Below are positions 61,601 to 64,000 of a stretch of DNA of 64,000 bases, piece after piece; within the stretch, counting starts at the first letter, position 1, and each line of letters opens with the position of its first letter. Source of the stretch: an uncultured Gemmatimonadales bacterium (GTDB taxonomy: Bacteria; Gemmatimonadota; Gemmatimonadetes; Longimicrobiales; RSA9); the NCBI GenBank assembly GCA_963816355.1, contig CAWFKH010000003.1:416001-480000 (forward strand). Reading direction: 5' to 3'. The position numbers and the translations under genes are program-made. The notes under the pieces were generated by a model. It saw nothing but the letters and a program-made list of their open reading frames with translations. It ran no database searches and was not told where the DNA came from.

Positions 61601-62710
61601 ATGCCCAATCTGAGACTCGGAATCGTCGGCCTCCCCAACGTCGGGAAGTCGACCCTCTTCAATGCGTTGACCGCCGCGCGCGCCGCGGCGGAGAACTACC
61701 CGTTCTGCACGGTCGAACCCAACGTCGGCGTCGTCCAGGTGCCCGACGCCCGCGTCGACCTGCTCGTCGAGAAGGTGCGCCCCCGCAGCACCGTCTATGC
61801 GACCGTCACGTTCCTCGACATCGCCGGCCTGGTGGAGGGCGCAAGCCAGGGCGAGGGCCTGGGCAACCAGTTCCTCGGCAACATCCGCGAGGTCGACGCG
61901 ATCTGCCACGTCGTGCGCTGCTTCGAGGACCCCGACGTGGCGCACGTGCTCGGCGCGGTGGACGCCGTGCGGGATCGCGACATCATCCACACGGAGCTCG
62001 CGCTCGCGGACCTGCAGACCGTCGAGCGGCGCCTGGAGCGCGTCGAGAAGGTGGCGCGCAGCGGCGAGCGCGAGGCGCAGGTGGAGGCGGCGCTCCTCGG
62101 CCGGCTGCAGGCGCTGCTCTCAGAAGGGCGCCCCGCTCGCAGCCTGCAGATCGCCGGCGAGGAGGAGGGCCGCCTCTTCCGGCAGCTCCACCTGCTCACC
62201 GCCAAGCCGGAGCTCTACGTCGCCAACGTCGCCGAAGACGACCTGCCGGACGGTGAGAACGAGCACGTTCGCGCCCTCCGCGCCGCGATCGAGCGCGACG
62301 CCGAGCCGGCCGAGGTCGTCTCGCTGTCCGCGCGCATCGAGGCGGAGCTGATCGCGCTCGATGCCGCCGAGCGAGGCGAGTACCTGGAAGCGATGGGCCT
62401 CGAGGAGCCGGGGTTGAATCGTCTCATCCGCGCGGGCTATCACCTCCTCGGCCTGATCAGCTTCTTCACCGCCGGCGAGAAGGAGGTGCGCGCCTGGACG
62501 ATCCGCCACGGCAGCCGCGCCCCGCAGGCCGCCGGCGAGATCCACTCCGACTTCGAGCGCGGCTTCATCCGTGCCGAGACCCTCGCCTGGGACGACTTCG
62601 TCCGCTCCGGCTCGCAGAAGGAGGCTCGCGAGCAGGGCCTCGTGCGCAGCGAGGGGAAGGAGTACGTCGTGCAGGACGGCGACATCCTGCTGTTCCGTTT
62701 CAACGTCTGA
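61601..62710 (+). CDS. ychF: Ribosome-binding ATPase YchF
   Basis: GLPNVGKSTLFNA, NYPFCT, DIAGLV, IHSDFERGFI. Confidence 0.98.
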   Translation: MPNLRLGIVGLPNVGKSTLFNALTAARAAAENYPFCTVEPNVGVVQVPDARVDLLVEKVRPRSTVYATVTFLDIAGLVEGASQGEGLGNQFLGNIREVDAICHVVRCFEDPDVAHVLGAVDAVRDRDIIHTELALADLQTVERRLERVEKVARSGEREAQVEAALLGRLQALLSEGRPARSLQIAGEEEGRLFRQLHLLTAKPELYVANVAEDDLPDGENEHVRALRAAIERDAEPAEVVSLSARIEAELIALDAAERGEYLEAMGLEEPGLNRLIRAGYHLLGLISFFTAGEKEVRAWTIRHGSRAPQAAGEIHSDFERGFIRAETLAWDDFVRSGSQKEAREQGLVRSEGKEYVVQDGDILLFRFNV

Positions 62711-62838
62711 GCCCCATTGGCGCACGGGCCGCCCCAGCCGTGCTGGAACACCAGCATTGACCGCGGGCCGGCGCGACGCGCATACATGGGTCCATCAATC
62801 TTCCCAAATACACAACACATTTTCATCAGGAGGCCGCA

Positions 62839-63366
62839 GTGAGGCACCTCACGCGCAGGCTTATGGCATTCAGTATCCTCGTGGCCGGGACCGTGTGCGT
62901 CGCCGCGCCGGCGTCCGCTCAGGCAGGCGGGCAGCAGACGCCCCCGTCTCAGCGCTACGTGACGGTGACGACGTTCGACGTGCCGTACCAGGATCGAGCG
63001 AAAGTCCTCCCGTTCATTCGGGAGTACGTGATCCCGGCGATGCAGCTGAACCCGAAGACGATCAACTTCCGCGTGATGCTCCACAACTGGGGGTCGGACG
63101 CATCACAGGTCGCGCTCGTGTCGGAATTCGCTTCGTTCGCCGACATCGAATCCGAGTGCGGCAAGCCGTGCGACGACTACTACGCACAGCACCCGAACCC
63201 GAAGGAAGGCGATCCGAAGTTCGCGGCGTTCACGGAAGCTTCGAATCTCTTCTCCCGCTACTACGCCAACCACCGCGACGAGATCTACAATGCGGGGATG
63301 GGGACCGCGAAGGTGGAAGGGCGGATGGTCGGCACCGTCGGTCCCGCGCCGTCCGGCGGCGAGTAG
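62839..63366 (+). CDS. Secreted hypothetical protein
   Basis: AGGAGG RBS then GTG; signal peptide ending ASA-Q; HNWGSD, CGKPC, HRDEIY. Confidence 0.82.
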   Translation: MRHLTRRLMAFSILVAGTVCVAAPASAQAGGQQTPPSQRYVTVTTFDVPYQDRAKVLPFIREYVIPAMQLNPKTINFRVMLHNWGSDASQVALVSEFASFADIESECGKPCDDYYAQHPNPKEGDPKFAAFTEASNLFSRYYANHRDEIYNAGMGTAKVEGRMVGTVGPAPSGGE

Positions 63367-63451
63367 GCGAGGGCGGCAGGGAGGGGACCGGTAGCGGCGC
63401 CGGGCCGGCCGCTGACCGAAGCGTCCCGTGACGACTTCCAAGGGACGACGT

Positions 63452-63489
63452 GGACGAAGCCCCGCGGCGGCCACCGCGGGGCTTCGTCC
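63452..63489. terminator. Perfect 16-bp hairpin between convergent genes
   Basis: GGACGAAGCCCCGCGG-CGGCCA-CCGCGGGGCTTCGTCC. Confidence 0.75.
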
Positions 63490-63537
63490 GTACGTCCGCG
63501 TTCGTCCGGACCGCCCGGCGCGGCGCCGGACGCGGCT

Positions 63538-64000
63538 TCACCCCTTCGATTCGGGCGGCAACAGCGTGAACATCTGTGAACGGATCCGCCACGCGCCGCT
63601 GTGGTGCATGAAGATGATCACGTAGACCCCGTTTCGCGCGCCGGTCCCCTCCGGCGGGTTCAACGTGAACCGGCCGAGCAGTGCGGCCATGTTCCCGCTC
63701 GTCTCGAAGTCCCCGAAGCTCGTCGTCAGCGTGTTTCCCATCAGCTCCTGCGCCACCTCCGCCGTGATCTCCGACGGACCGGTCGCCTGCTTCCCTTCCG
63801 GGCCGTAGTACTTCGCGTCCTCGGTATAGAGATCGGGCAGCGCGCTCGTGTCGCCGTGGCTCACCGCTTCCGTCCACTTCGTGAGCGTCCCCGACGCCGC
63901 CTGCAGCACCGACGCGACGTAGCGGCTGCGCTCCGTCATGGCATCGTTTTTTGGGACGGGAAGGATCTGGGCTGAGGCTGCGACCGGCGTGGCCAGGGAC
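63538..64000 (-). CDS. Secreted NTF2-like / DUF4440 protein (5' end lies beyond the window)
   Basis: Frame stays open to the edge: ...SLATPVAASAQILPVPKNDAMTER...; LYTEDA, GAWRI. Confidence 0.8.
   Translation of the reverse strand, partial: SLATPVAASAQILPVPKNDAMTERSRYVASVLQAASGTLTKWTEAVSHGDTSALPDLYTEDAKYYGPEGKQATGPSEITAEVAQELMGNTLTTSFGDFETSGNMAALLGRFTLNPPEGTGARNGVYVIIFMHHSGAWRIRSQMFTLLPPESKG

Overview
A very GC-rich, gene-dense 64-kb stretch of bacterial core chromosome. Gene content and order suggest Gemmatimonadota, but this is an inference. It holds about 66 CDSs and one tRNA-Gln(TTG). I found no IS element, integrase, phage gene, CRISPR array or rRNA. Recognisable blocks, in order: (i) a trans-sulfuration enzyme, AI-2E transporter, penicillin-acylase-family protein and YpdA-like oxidoreductase, then an HxH membrane protein with a CopD-like partner, a divergent ALDH, and a NifU-Mrp-small protein-SAM hydrolase (DUF62) cluster; (ii) an ECF sigma/zinc anti-sigma envelope operon carrying two matching TGAAAC-N17-CGTAGGG promoter motifs; (iii) menG/ubiE plus ubiD-ubiA-ubiX menaquinone genes, interrupted by a head-to-head overlapping EamA/ABC exporter pair; (iv) M48 peptidase-purD-mutM-Cho-like nuclease; (v) glmM-glmS-dtd-maf-mtnA-glpK; (vi) recA, no recX (an SDR-like remnant sits there instead), alaS-gmhA-cca-ZIP-rarA-hflX-pdxJ-ispE; (vii) tRNA-Gln-prs-rplY-pth-hppA-M20-ychF. 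The most interesting candidates are the putative Fe-S/thiol/SAM repair neighbourhood, the dual-promoter ECF operon, the Cho-like nuclease with a clamp-binding-like motif coupled to mutM, the overlapping divergent start codons, a C-rich 25-bp tandem array, and an internally duplicated unknown protein inside the ispE-tRNA-prs cluster. All calls come from reading motifs by eye; no database searches were run.
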